The position numbers were made by a program, and so were the translations under genes. Below, piece after piece: positions 9,114 to 19,032 of a DNA stretch of 64,000 nt; position 1 is the first letter of the stretch; the number at the start of each line of letters is the position of its first letter. This DNA is from Bacteroidetes bacterium HLUCCA01. Its GTDB lineage: Bacteria > Bacteroidota > Rhodothermia > Balneolales > HLUCCA01. The stretch is taken from the NCBI GenBank assembly GCA_001314545.1, contig LIHN01000019.1, positions 192,150-256,149 on the forward strand, in the 5' to 3' direction. The notes beneath the pieces are model-generated. The model worked only from the letters and a program-made list of their open reading frames with translations. It was not told where the DNA came from and made no database searches.

Positions 9114-10277
9114 ATGCAAAACAAAATTTACACGGATAATGCAGCAACAACGGCCATGGACCCACGGGTTCTGGATGCTATGCTGCCCTATTTTCTGGAT
9201 GTTTATGCCAATGCCAATTCGGCCCATCAGCCCGGACGGCAAGCGCATGTTGCCGTGGAGGAGTCTCGTGAGAAAATTGCCGGAATAATCGGTGCTGAAC
9301 CCGCTGAAATCGTTTTTACCAGCGGTGGTACCGAGAGCAACAATGCCGCCATCGGGGGTGTTTTGGCTGCAACCGGCAAATCGCATGTAATCACTTCCAA
9401 TGCAGAGCATCACGCGGTTTTGCATCCTGTAGCCAGCGCAGCGAACCGTGGAATTGACTCAACCCTGCTGCCGGTTGACCAGACCGGCAAGGTCAGCGCC
9501 GCGGATGTAGCCGCCGCCATCGGACCACATACGGCGCTGGTTTCACTCATGCACGGCAATAATGAAGTCGGCACCCTGAATCCTATCGATGAAATTGCAG
9601 CGGTCTGCAGAAGCAACGGCGTCCTTTTTCATAGTGATACCGTGCAGACCGTCGGAAAAATTCCCGTGCATGTTGACGCGTTGGGTGTGGATTTTCTTAG
9701 CATGAGTGCACATAAATTTTACGGTCCGAAGGGCGTCGGCGCCCTGTATATCCGCTCCGGGTCTGCATGGAAACCCTGGATGGAGGGAGGCTCGCAGGAA
9801 CGCCGAAGACGCGGCGGGACCCTCAATGTTCCGGGTATCGTGGGTATGGGGAAAGCCCTGGAACTGGCCGCCTCGGAAATGCTGGAAAACCGCACCCATG
9901 TAGAAAAACTAAAACATGCCCTGATGCAAGGGCTCACAGAACGACTGGGTACAGCCGTGCAGTTTAACGGTGATCCGCAGAACGGACTTTTCAATATTGT
10001 GAACTGTTCGTTTGTACACCCTGCTGAACGAGCCATAGACGGTGAAATGTTACTGTTGAATCTGGATATTGAAGGCATCTATTGCTCCAACGGATCGGCT
10101 TGTACCTCCGGAGCCATCGAGGCCTCTCATGTACTGCTGGCTCTGGGCATTCCCTATGATATGGCCAAATCGAGCATTCGTTTCAGCCTGGGTAAAAACA
10201 ACACCATTGATGAAATTCCGCTCATCATTGACAAAACCGAGGCCATTTTGCGCCGCATGACATCCCAAAAACTATGA
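9114..10277 (+). CDS. Cysteine desulfurase (NifS/IscS class, PLP-dependent)
   Basis: Preferred ATG at 9114 (MQNKIYTDNAATTAMDPRV, 387 aa). PLP-lysine context SAHKFYGPKG, catalytic Cys loop SNGSACTSG. The track ORF (from 8814) runs antisense into pgk and is over-extended. Confidence 0.9.
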   Translation: MQNKIYTDNAATTAMDPRVLDAMLPYFLDVYANANSAHQPGRQAHVAVEESREKIAGIIGAEPAEIVFTSGGTESNNAAIGGVLAATGKSHVITSNAEHHAVLHPVASAANRGIDSTLLPVDQTGKVSAADVAAAIGPHTALVSLMHGNNEVGTLNPIDEIAAVCRSNGVLFHSDTVQTVGKIPVHVDALGVDFLSMSAHKFYGPKGVGALYIRSGSAWKPWMEGGSQERRRRGGTLNVPGIVGMGKALELAASEMLENRTHVEKLKHALMQGLTERLGTAVQFNGDPQNGLFNIVNCSFVHPAERAIDGEMLLLNLDIEGIYCSNGSACTSGAIEASHVLLALGIPYDMAKSSIRFSLGKNNTIDEIPLIIDKTEAILRRMTSQKL

Positions 10278-10864
10278 AATCCTCATCTATCAAACGGGTC
10301 TGCGTATACTGCGGATCCTCGCCCGGCAGTCAGGAAGCCTACACCGCAGCAGCGCGTGAACTGGGTAAGCTTCTGGCTGAAAACCACATAGAACTGGTGT
10401 ACGGCGGGGCGTCTATTGGGGTGATGGGAGCCGTTGCCAATGCTGTAATGGAAAACGGTGGCAGGGTCACGGGCATCATTCCCCACGGTTTATTTCAGCG
10501 GGAGGTAGCCCATGAGGGGATTTCATCGCTCCTTGTAGTTGATTCTATGCATGAGCGCAAGGCCATCATGGCCGGCATGGCCGACGCGCTGGTAACCCTG
10601 CCGGGCGGATTCGGCACCCTGGAAGAGCTCTTCGAAATGGTCACCTGGAATCAGATCGGCATCCACGACAAACCCATTTTTTTGCTGAACACGATGGGTT
10701 TTTACAATCCGCTGCTCAAATTCATTGAACACACCGTGACGCAGGGTTTTGTCAGGCGCGGACAGGAGTCGCTCATGCGCACCGCTGAAAATCCGACCGA
10801 ACTTATACATTTGATCAAAACGGCGACGGCCGGACAGGAAACTTACCAGGAACTCAGACCCTAA
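10274..10864 (+). CDS. LOG family protein (TIGR00730-type Rossmann fold; cytokinin riboside 5'-monophosphate phosphoribohydrolase-like)
   Basis: VYGGASIGVMG and the PGGFGTLEELFE motif. ATGA overlap with the upstream cysteine desulfurase stop. Confidence 0.85.
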   Translation: MKSSSIKRVCVYCGSSPGSQEAYTAAARELGKLLAENHIELVYGGASIGVMGAVANAVMENGGRVTGIIPHGLFQREVAHEGISSLLVVDSMHERKAIMAGMADALVTLPGGFGTLEELFEMVTWNQIGIHDKPIFLLNTMGFYNPLLKFIEHTVTQGFVRRGQESLMRTAENPTELIHLIKTATAGQETYQELRP

Positions 10865-10868
10865 CACT

Positions 10869-11612
10869 ATGAAACTCGATGTACTGGCCATTGCGGCCCA
10901 TCCGGATGACACCGAACTCAGCTGCTCCGGCACACTGGCCGCCATGGTGCAGCAAGGCAGGCGGGTCGGTGTGCTGGATCTGACCCGCGGTGAGATGGGA
11001 ACACGGGGAACGCCGGAACTTCGACTGCAGGAGGCCGCGGCGGCCGCTGAAATTCTGGGACTTACCCTCAGGCACAATTTGAGTCTGCCCGATGCAGGAC
11101 TCACCAACACCGCTGAGCATCGAAATGCCATCATTCAGGCTGTGCGCACCTACCAACCCGACATCTGCCTGATCAACAGCCCGGACGATCGTCACCCCGA
11201 CCATGGCAATGCAGCCCGTCTTACCCTGGATGCACTGTTCTACAGCGGACTGCGAAAAATTGAAACACGCGATGACGATGGGGAACTTCAGAAGATATGG
11301 CGACCGTACCACACCCTGCATTACATGCAGGACCGTTCGTTCAACCCTACCCTTGTATTCGACATCACCGACACCATTGGGCTCAAAGAAAAAGCCATAC
11401 TGGCTTTTTCCTCCCAGTTTAACGTAACCAATCCGGGTAACGAACCGGAAACCTACATCAGTTCATCTGCATTTTTCGAGGCCCTGCGCGCCCGGGCAAT
11501 GCATTTCGGACATATGATTGGTGTTCGTTATGGAGAACCCTTTCTGTATCACGGGGGACCTCTTCCGGCCGGAGGAATGGATTTTCTGTTCCGTCACAAA
11601 CCGGTACGCTGA
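10869..11612 (+). CDS. bshB1: Bacillithiol biosynthesis deacetylase BshB1 (LmbE/PIG-L family)
   Basis: MKLDVLAIAAHPDDTELSCSGTLA...VLDLTRGEMGTRG...HPDHGNA: LmbE zinc motifs and a BshB1-like N-terminus. Lies 4 nt after LOG. Confidence 0.85.
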   Translation: MKLDVLAIAAHPDDTELSCSGTLAAMVQQGRRVGVLDLTRGEMGTRGTPELRLQEAAAAAEILGLTLRHNLSLPDAGLTNTAEHRNAIIQAVRTYQPDICLINSPDDRHPDHGNAARLTLDALFYSGLRKIETRDDDGELQKIWRPYHTLHYMQDRSFNPTLVFDITDTIGLKEKAILAFSSQFNVTNPGNEPETYISSSAFFEALRARAMHFGHMIGVRYGEPFLYHGGPLPAGGMDFLFRHKPVR

Positions 11613-11620
11613 TATGGTGG

Positions 11621-12790
11621 TCAGACTTTAATGATAATTTTGCGTCGGTACATGAACAGCAGAATCAGGTACCATAAAAACACCCAGAGTATACTGTAAC
11701 CCAGGGAGGCATTGATGGTACTCAGCCAGGAATCGAAGAAGGTACGGAATATCCACTGTTGAGCCGATATAGTAGCCCCGTCGGCAAGCGTTATATCAAT
11801 GAGTCCGAGCGTACGGGCGATGATACCGCTCATAAAAAATACAGTAATGGCATTTACGCCGTAGACTACAAACGGCTCGGTCCAGCCTTTATAGCCTTTC
11901 ACGTCGATGAACCAGTAGCAAAGCGCCAGACCTACCATAGCCTGTCCCCCGGTCATAACTGCATAGGAGCTGCTCCAGATGGGTTTGTTGATGGGGAAGT
12001 GCCAGGCCCAGATGTATCCGATGATAATGAGCAGACTGCCGGTAACCATGAGTTCAGCGGTCTTGCGGATTTCATCGGTTTCCCTGTTACGCAGGATGTG
12101 ACCGGCCCAGACGCCCAACAAGGTAGTGGAAATAGCCGGAAAGGTGCTCAGCAACCCTTCTGGATCCCACTGCCGTCCGGTCCCCACCCATAAATGTTGT
12201 CCGAGTATGGCGCGGTCTACAAAAGCCGCCAGGTTATTGATTTTGTCATCAATCAGACCGGCGCCGTGTCCCGGAACGGGGATCAAAAACATAACAGCCC
12301 AATACAGCAGCACGAAAGCGGCGGCCCAGTACAGCTGAACCCGCGGTCTGAAATACAGAAATATGGCCGACGCGATGAAGTAACAGATGGCAATGCGCTG
12401 CAATACCCCCATGATACGAATCATATCCAGCCCGTCACGCAACCCGAATGAGGGTTCCAGCTGAAAGAAAGGGTACGAAGCCAGGATAAGCCCCAGCAGA
12501 AAGAGCACCCCCGATCGCTTGAGCGCCTTGATCAGCAACGGCCCGCGGTCTTCACCCTTCTCCAGCTTTCCGGAGAAAGCGAAGACAATGGCTACACCCA
12601 CAATGAACAGAAAGAAGGGGAATATCAGGTCTGTTGGCGTCCATCCATGCCAGTCGGCATGTTTCAGCGGACCGTACATGGCGCTCCAGGTGCCCGGATT
12701 GTTGACAAGAATCATCCCCATAATGGTGATACCACGGAAAGTGTCCAGGGAAAGCAGCCGTTTCGATGCCAGCGGTTGATTGGGAGTCAT
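11621..12790 (-). CDS. Heparan-alpha-glucosaminide N-acetyltransferase-like membrane acyltransferase (DUF5009/DUF1624 family)
   Basis: RLLSLDTFRGITIMGMILVNNPG...LKHADWHGWTPTDLIFPFFLFIVGVAI closely parallels the conserved N-terminal block of HGSNAT-family proteins. About 11 TM segments. Confidence 0.85.
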   Translation of the reverse strand: MTPNQPLASKRLLSLDTFRGITIMGMILVNNPGTWSAMYGPLKHADWHGWTPTDLIFPFFLFIVGVAIVFAFSGKLEKGEDRGPLLIKALKRSGVLFLLGLILASYPFFQLEPSFGLRDGLDMIRIMGVLQRIAICYFIASAIFLYFRPRVQLYWAAAFVLLYWAVMFLIPVPGHGAGLIDDKINNLAAFVDRAILGQHLWVGTGRQWDPEGLLSTFPAISTTLLGVWAGHILRNRETDEIRKTAELMVTGSLLIIIGYIWAWHFPINKPIWSSSYAVMTGGQAMVGLALCYWFIDVKGYKGWTEPFVVYGVNAITVFFMSGIIARTLGLIDITLADGATISAQQWIFRTFFDSWLSTINASLGYSILWVFLWYLILLFMYRRKIIIKV

Positions 12791-12915
12791 AGTGAGGTGA
12801 AATTAAGGTGCCGGGATTCAGACAAGCCGTCCGGACAGCTAAAAAAGCGGACCGGCGGACTTCTGAAATAATCGATGATAAATCTATGACATAGTACGTA
12901 TTGCCGGAATCTGAA

Positions 12916-14865
12916 TCAACGCAAAACTACGGGAACCCAGGTAGTTGCATTGCCGATGTAGGGGCGTTGCTGCAGCATGAAATTCACCAGTTGTACCTCT
13001 CCGTTGACCCGAACCCTGCTGTTCACCGATAGGGCCACAGCGGTCTCGTCCTGACCGGCGAGGGGAAGTGCGATTTCAGCGGTGTAGCCATCGCGACCAG
13101 CCTGCACCTGCCAGCGCATCCCCTCCAGCATAGCCTGATTGTCCGGGTGAACCGGTCCGGCAAAGTGGGCAAAAAAACTACTGAAGGTACGCATCGTGAT
13201 GTCGGATATACCCCGCTGTGAAAACGGGGTAAGGTACATCCCGCCTGTAAGATGGGTCTGCTCACTACCCGGCGGTCGCAGCAGTAAGGTAAAATCCGCA
13301 GGCTCCATCCAGGTGGATTCCCTGCGCGGGGTTTGATCAACAATTACCAGAATCTGCTCCCCTCCGGACCAGCCGGATTGTGATGCCGGCACAACAGGCA
13401 AACCGGTTTTAACGTCAACGGCAACATAGAGGGTATCGGCCCGGAATCGAAATGCGGCCCGGACCCGGCCTTCGGCCCCTGCTGCTGCCGGAACGAGTTC
13501 CGTAAACTCGCCATCCTCCCATTCCCGCACCTCACCATCAGGTACTGCCGCAGCACCGGTTGCCAGAATTTCCTCACGGGACCGCTGGTAAACCAGAAAC
13601 CCTTCCGGGTCAACACGATACATAGGATCATCCATGAGTTTTCTGAACTGCTCACGGGTATTCCGGGCGAAGGGTTCCAGCTCCGGAATAATTTGTTGCA
13701 CATACCGGTTCTCCTTAAAGCGGTCATCGCGCAACTCAGAGAGCGTCTGGTCAAAAAGATCCAGCGACTCGGCGATGGTTTGAATATTCAGCGGTTTACC
13801 CGGTGTATAGAGCGGGGTAAATACATTGTCCGTCCAGCCATAGTCCATATACAGCCGCAGCAGTGGTCGTAAAACCTGATAGGCATCGTTTCCGGCCAGA
13901 TGCTCAATGGCGTCCCTCCAGGCATCCTCAGGATTGTAGGAGAAGGGGCGACGGGCGTATTGTCCCACCGTGTAGAGCGGTATCATGGAAAGGTAAGGCG
14001 TGTCCATCGGGTTGGCGATGATGCCCAGGGTGGTTTGTGAAAGCGCCGGCTCACGACCTGTAACCGGACCGACTATAGGTCGCCAGGTTTCGAAATCATT
14101 TACCGGGAAGTTATCCCACAACAACGGTTTGCGACCGATGTAGTCTGCCCAAAGTTCAGCATCTTCGCGGGTGATTTGTGCAGGGGCGATGTCAGAACCG
14201 GTCCAGAACAGTGGTATGTCATCGGGAATGCCTTCAGAAAGCGTACGCAGGTAGTCGCGATTGCCCCATGCGGCCGTGTAGGTTGTGGGACAGACAATCA
14301 ACGGCACGTCACGCATACGAAGGTCTTCCCGCAGCCGACGGACCAGATGGGCATGCGCCTCGCCCAGACTGGCAAACTGTTCGCGATCATCGGCATGCTG
14401 CAGGGTCTCCGGCACATCATCCAGGAACAGAGCGATATGTGCTACGCCCAGGTTAAGCATATCCGATACTTTAGCCAGCAGGGCGGCATAATCTTCCTCG
14501 CTGGAATAGGTAATCGACAATCCCGGACTTATGGCAAACCATAACACAACATCAGCCTCTTCGGCGGCACGGATATAGTCCTTGAATCGGTCAAGGTGTT
14601 CACCGGTGTACGGCTCTCTCCAGCGTGTACGATGAAATGGATCATCTTTGGGAGCGTAGAAATAGTGTTTGAGCCCGGCCTCTCCCATGAAATCAATCAT
14701 ATCGAGGCGGGCTTCGTGCGACCATGGCGTGCCGTAAAAACCTTCTACAACACCTGTGTACTCAAAACGCTGGGCATTTTCCCAGGTACGCCAGGCGAAA
14801 ACAACCAGCAGAAAAACGCCGGTAACGGCGGCGATGACGTAACGACTGAAATTAGACCGGTCCAT
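12916..14865 (-). CDS. GH84 beta-N-acetylglucosaminidase (O-GlcNAcase/NagJ-like) with C-terminal CBM9/DOMON-like domain, N-terminal membrane anchor or signal
   Basis: GVVEGFYGTPWSHEARLDMIDFMGEAGLKHYFYAPKDDPFHR and catalytic Asp-Asp in IALFLDDVPE are GH84 hallmarks. The C-terminal ~200 aa are beta-rich (RVRAAFRFRADTLYVAVDV...). Confidence 0.85.
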   Translation of the reverse strand: MDRSNFSRYVIAAVTGVFLLVVFAWRTWENAQRFEYTGVVEGFYGTPWSHEARLDMIDFMGEAGLKHYFYAPKDDPFHRTRWREPYTGEHLDRFKDYIRAAEEADVVLWFAISPGLSITYSSEEDYAALLAKVSDMLNLGVAHIALFLDDVPETLQHADDREQFASLGEAHAHLVRRLREDLRMRDVPLIVCPTTYTAAWGNRDYLRTLSEGIPDDIPLFWTGSDIAPAQITREDAELWADYIGRKPLLWDNFPVNDFETWRPIVGPVTGREPALSQTTLGIIANPMDTPYLSMIPLYTVGQYARRPFSYNPEDAWRDAIEHLAGNDAYQVLRPLLRLYMDYGWTDNVFTPLYTPGKPLNIQTIAESLDLFDQTLSELRDDRFKENRYVQQIIPELEPFARNTREQFRKLMDDPMYRVDPEGFLVYQRSREEILATGAAAVPDGEVREWEDGEFTELVPAAAGAEGRVRAAFRFRADTLYVAVDVKTGLPVVPASQSGWSGGEQILVIVDQTPRRESTWMEPADFTLLLRPPGSEQTHLTGGMYLTPFSQRGISDITMRTFSSFFAHFAGPVHPDNQAMLEGMRWQVQAGRDGYTAEIALPLAGQDETAVALSVNSRVRVNGEVQLVNFMLQQRPYIGNATTWVPVVLR

Positions 14866-14900
14866 AGGCGTTTAAATCAGTTTGAAGTGTAAAGTTTAGC

Positions 14901-15716
14901 TCAGGATACGGCCTTTCGCAGCTCCGCGCGGATGTTGGCGAGGATTGTCTGCTGAAGGTAGGCATGAATAGAAGGATTTCCCGCAGTAATACGTTTTCCC
15001 GTCAGCCATTGCTCCCCTCCGTCCCAGTCTGTAACCAGACCGCCGGCCTCACGAATCAGTAAAGCCCCGGCGCCGACATCCCAGGGCGCCAGCGCATATT
15101 CATAGAATCCATCGTACCTGCCCGCCGCCACATAGGCCATATCATAGGCTGCCGATCCGGGTCGTCGAACACCGTGTGTTTCACGCATAAGTACATGAAA
15201 AACCTTCATATAATCTTCCAGCACACTCAGGTCGCGGTACGGAAACCCGGTGCCAATAAGGGCTTCAGCCGGTTCGGTGGTCTGGCTTACCCGAATGGAG
15301 TGACCGTTCAGTCGCGTCCCTTGTCCGGCCTCAGCCGTAAAGAGTTCGTCTTGCGCAACGCCCAGGACCAATGCCACCGCTGGTTCCTGCTTAATCCACA
15401 GGGCGATGGATACGGAATAAAAGGGCACACCATGCGCGAAATTCGTGGTTCCATCGATGGGATCGATAATCCAGGTACGGGCATCGGTAAGTCCGTCACC
15501 GCCGTGCGATTCCTCGGCAAGCATCTGATCATCCGGATACATCCGTCGTATCACAGATTTTATAGCATTTTCGCTGGCTACATCGGCCTCGGTCACCAGG
15601 TCGTGACGACCCTTGAGCTCAAATGACTGGGCGCGGCTGCGTTGGGTGTAGGTGGAAATGACCGCTGCTCCGGCACGGGCAGCTTCAACGGCAGTTTGCA
15701 ATTCCTGACTTGGCAT
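14901..15716 (-). CDS. Inositol monophosphatase family protein (SuhB-like)
   Basis: Motifs LAEESHG, WIIDPIDGTTNFAHG and WDVGAGALLIREAGG. Confidence 0.9.
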   Translation of the reverse strand: MPSQELQTAVEAARAGAAVISTYTQRSRAQSFELKGRHDLVTEADVASENAIKSVIRRMYPDDQMLAEESHGGDGLTDARTWIIDPIDGTTNFAHGVPFYSVSIALWIKQEPAVALVLGVAQDELFTAEAGQGTRLNGHSIRVSQTTEPAEALIGTGFPYRDLSVLEDYMKVFHVLMRETHGVRRPGSAAYDMAYVAAGRYDGFYEYALAPWDVGAGALLIREAGGLVTDWDGGEQWLTGKRITAGNPSIHAYLQQTILANIRAELRKAVS

Positions 15717-15746
15717 ATGAAGGGGCTGATTTGGTACGTATTAGAT

Positions 15747-17921
15747 TCAAATTTGATCGGGGTTGGGAAACAGGCGATCCAGGAGTTCCTGTTCGTAGCG
15801 CAGCCGTTCCCTTGACACTTCCATGAGAAGTTGCTGACACGTCTTCTTTTCCTCGATATCCGCAGCCTGCGCGTACTGCTGCTGAAACTCCTGTTTGAGC
15901 TTGTCGAGATAGTGCAGTTTCAGGGAGCGAAGTTCCCCTTTGGCAATTTTATGGACATCTTTTTTGCGCTGCATCTCCAGGGCTTCCTGTTTGCGGGCGC
16001 TGGGCGTGTAGCGGTCCATCATGACTTCTCCCACCAGTGCCGGCCACGGACTGGGCAGGGCCGTGTACACACTTACCGAAATGGGTTTACCGGTTTCATA
16101 GCGGGCAATCATATCGGCAAAAAGCATGCGATATTCTTCATCCTGAAAATGGTCTTCGTTACACTGTGAACCGATGTATTCAACCATGGGATGTCCATGA
16201 CGCAGCATCAGACGAAGCAGCTCCCGCTCGTAGCCGGGTTTACGGCCCGTAGGTGCAACCGGCGGCTGAACGGCAGGGGCAGATTCGCCCGGCCAGGGTC
16301 CGGCATCAAAGGGGGTACCCTCCCTGCCGGACTCCGTGGGAATATCCAGCCAGTCTGGCGGCGGACCTGTCTGTGGATTATCTGTATGGGACTGTAATTC
16401 TTTCCCGTCACCAACGGGCGGACCAAAGCGGTCTTGCGGCACCCCGGTGTAAGCCTGCCTGCCTGACGAACCGGTGGGATTATTGGCCTGTTGCCGGCCA
16501 CGGGCAGCAGGTTCCTGCCCTGTCCCCTGATCCTGAACATTCCGTGCGCTGACCGTATCACGTCTGCGATCCCGTTGGTTGGCTTTGTCACGGGCCCTGG
16601 CAACCTCGGCACGCTGCAGGTTCAATTGTTCAAACAGTGCACGGTCGCCCATCCCGGTCAGCGAGGAGAGCCGTTGCACCCAGGCCTGCTGGGCGATTTC
16701 GTCGGGGATTTCAGCGATGGAACGAAGGATACTCCCTATAGTGGCTGTCCGGTGGAAGGGATCATCCCACTTGCCGGCCAGGCGGGTTTTATCAATGAGA
16801 AATGCTACAAAATCACGGGCTTGTTCATTACGGTATTGTACGAAGGAGTCCCGACCAAAGCGCCGCACAAACGAATCGGGGTCTTCCCCATCGGGCAGCT
16901 GGAGCAGTCGTACATCCAGTCCTTCCCGAAGCGCCAGGTCAACCGAACGGCTCATGGCATTTTGTCCGGCCAGGTCGCTGTCGTAAATCATCAGCAACGT
17001 CTCCCCATACCGATGCATGACCTTCAGCTGTTCGGCGGTGAGCGCGGTACCGCTGGTCGCAACGGCATTGCTGATACCGGCCTGATGCATAGAAAGCACA
17101 TCGGTATAGCCTTCTACAAGAATCACTTCCCGATGCTTACGGATTTCATTTTTGGCGACATGAATACCGTAGAGCACCTCGCTCTTGTTGTAGACCAGCG
17201 TCTGGGGGGAGTTGATGTATTTGGGAGCCTTCCGCCCGTCGGATACCGGAACGTTCTCCATTATTCGTCCTCCGAAAGCAATTACCTTGCCCGAAGCGTT
17301 AAAAATGGGGAACATAATCCGGCTTCGGAACACATCGAAGGCCGTTTCTCCGTTTCTGCCGAATTTGATAAGTCCGGCCTGCTCGAGGTAGTGTTCATTC
17401 ACCCCTGCCTTTCGTGCGGCGTTCAGTAAGGTATCATACGCGGCAGGAGCGTAGCCAATTCCATATTTTCGCACCGTCTGGCCGGTAAAGCCGCGTTTGT
17501 CCAGATATTTTCGCGCTTCCAGGGCCTCCGGATTTTCCGTGAGCTGCTTGAAAAAGAAACGGCCTGCAAAAGCCAGTGCATGGTAGATGCCTTCTTTTTC
17601 CCGGTAGCGTTCGTCATTTTCAGGCTGCGACTCTTCGGGTACATCCACACCAAAGCGCGCCCCGAGCGACCGGATGGCCTCCGTAAAACTCACCCCGTCC
17701 TGTTTCATGACGAAACTGATTACGTCACCGGATTCGCCGCAGCCGAAACACTTGTAAATACCCAGATTGGGTGAGACGTTGAATGAGGGCGATTTTTCAT
17801 TATGAAAAGGGCACAATCCCTGGAAATTGCTGCCTGTGCGCCGCAATTTAACATAGTCGGAGACCACTTCCACGATATCGGCTGCGGCTTTGACTTCTTC
17901 TTTGATGTGATCAGGAATCAT
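15747..17921 (-). CDS. dnaG: DNA primase DnaG (with long low-complexity linker)
   Basis: Zn-finger CPFHNEKSPSFNVSPNLGIYKCFGCGESGD, Toprim region VILVEGYTDVLSMHQAG...IYDSDLAGQNA. A ~120-aa Pro/Gly/Gln/Arg-rich linker precedes the C-terminal helical domain. Confidence 0.95.
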   Translation of the reverse strand: MIPDHIKEEVKAAADIVEVVSDYVKLRRTGSNFQGLCPFHNEKSPSFNVSPNLGIYKCFGCGESGDVISFVMKQDGVSFTEAIRSLGARFGVDVPEESQPENDERYREKEGIYHALAFAGRFFFKQLTENPEALEARKYLDKRGFTGQTVRKYGIGYAPAAYDTLLNAARKAGVNEHYLEQAGLIKFGRNGETAFDVFRSRIMFPIFNASGKVIAFGGRIMENVPVSDGRKAPKYINSPQTLVYNKSEVLYGIHVAKNEIRKHREVILVEGYTDVLSMHQAGISNAVATSGTALTAEQLKVMHRYGETLLMIYDSDLAGQNAMSRSVDLALREGLDVRLLQLPDGEDPDSFVRRFGRDSFVQYRNEQARDFVAFLIDKTRLAGKWDDPFHRTATIGSILRSIAEIPDEIAQQAWVQRLSSLTGMGDRALFEQLNLQRAEVARARDKANQRDRRRDTVSARNVQDQGTGQEPAARGRQQANNPTGSSGRQAYTGVPQDRFGPPVGDGKELQSHTDNPQTGPPPDWLDIPTESGREGTPFDAGPWPGESAPAVQPPVAPTGRKPGYERELLRLMLRHGHPMVEYIGSQCNEDHFQDEEYRMLFADMIARYETGKPISVSVYTALPSPWPALVGEVMMDRYTPSARKQEALEMQRKKDVHKIAKGELRSLKLHYLDKLKQEFQQQYAQAADIEEKKTCQQLLMEVSRERLRYEQELLDRLFPNPDQI

Positions 17922-18062
17922 GAAATTAAGATAGCAGATTTACCGGTGACCGTACAGAACTAATCGGCGGTATCGCTTTCATAAGTCGGCGGCTGTGGGT
18001 ATATTCGTGCCTGATATTTTTACGCAAAAAACCTCCCAATATTAATTAAACAGGATCAACGC

Positions 18063-18935
18063 ATGAGCGTTTTAGTTGGAAAAGATACCCGTCTGGTAGT
18101 ACAGGGGTTCACCGGTAAGGAAGGCAGTTTTCACGCCGAACAAATGATTGAATACGGAACACCGGTCATTGGTGGTGTAACACCCGGCAAAGGCGGAACC
18201 CGTCACCTGGACCGGCCGGTATTCAATACCGTTGCGGATGCCGTTGCACAGGAAGGTGCCAACACCTCTGTGATTTTTGTACCTCCGGCCTTCGCATCCG
18301 ACGCCATCATTGAATCAGCTCTTGCCGGTATTAAAGTTATCATCTGCATTACCGAGGGGATTCCGGTCAAGGATATGATTGTGGCCAAAGATGTGGTCAA
18401 TCGCACCGGTGCCACGCTGATTGGTCCGAACTGTCCGGGCGTTATCACTCCGGGTGAGGCAAAGGTTGGCATTATGCCGGGTAATATCTTCACCCCCGGA
18501 CCCATCGGGTTGATTTCCCGTTCCGGTACCCTGACCTATGAAGCCGTTGACCAGCTCAGTAAAGCCGGTCTGGGACAAACCACCGCCATTGGTATCGGTG
18601 GTGATCCGGTAATTGGCACCACCCATACGGATGCCGTGAAGCTGCTGAACGAAGATCCTGACACCGAAGCCATCATGCTTATTGGTGAGATTGGTGGTAC
18701 GGCCGAAGAAGAAGCGGCGGCCTACATCAAAGAGCACGTCAGCAAGCCTGTAGTAGCCTTCATCGCCGGACAGACCGCCCCTCCGGGTCGACGTATGGGT
18801 CATGCCGGTGCCATTGTATCCGGTGGCAAAGGCACGGCCGAAGACAAGATGAAAGCGCTGGCCGCTGCGGGTATCACAGTATGTGAAAGTCCGGCAGTCA
18901 TGGGAGAAACCATGAAATCGCTGCTGGGCCGCTAA
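18063..18935 (+). CDS. sucD: Succinate--CoA ligase subunit alpha
   Basis: [24 protein letters not shown]...[12 protein letters not shown]...SRSGTLTYE...[15 protein letters not shown] (phosphohistidine loop). No sucC adjacent. Confidence 0.97.
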   Translation: MSVLVGKDTRLVVQGFTGKEGSFHAEQMIEYGTPVIGGVTPGKGGTRHLDRPVFNTVADAVAQEGANTSVIFVPPAFASDAIIESALAGIKVIICITEGIPVKDMIVAKDVVNRTGATLIGPNCPGVITPGEAKVGIMPGNIFTPGPIGLISRSGTLTYEAVDQLSKAGLGQTTAIGIGGDPVIGTTHTDAVKLLNEDPDTEAIMLIGEIGGTAEEEAAAYIKEHVSKPVVAFIAGQTAPPGRRMGHAGAIVSGGKGTAEDKMKALAAAGITVCESPAVMGETMKSLLGR

Positions 18936-18957
18936 AAATCACCGACCATCCTGGTAA

Positions 18958-18998
18958 AAGCCGGTGCCGCCCGTTTCGGATGCTCCGGCTTTTTTTTT
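18958..18998 (+). terminator. Rho-independent terminator after sucD
   Basis: aAGCCGGtgccgcccgtttcggatgctCCGGCTtttttttt: hairpin followed by a T9 run. Confidence 0.7.
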
Positions 18999-19032
18999 GC
19001 ATCGACCGAACAACCCCTAACCTTCACAGATT

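Noticed and set aside
10523-11321. 203-aa and 155-aa minus-strand ORFs
   Set aside because: They are antisense to LOG and bshB1. Their products are Ala/Ser/Arg-rich.
16491-17429. 312-aa plus-strand ORF (and others from 15831 to 17020) inside dnaG
   Set aside because: They are antisense to a confidently identified primase. The composition is low-complexity with no recognisable motifs.
18063-18935. sucD without an adjacent sucC as a possible anomaly
   Set aside because: Separated sucC and sucD genes are, as far as I recall, common in FCB-group genomes, so this is not informative on its own.
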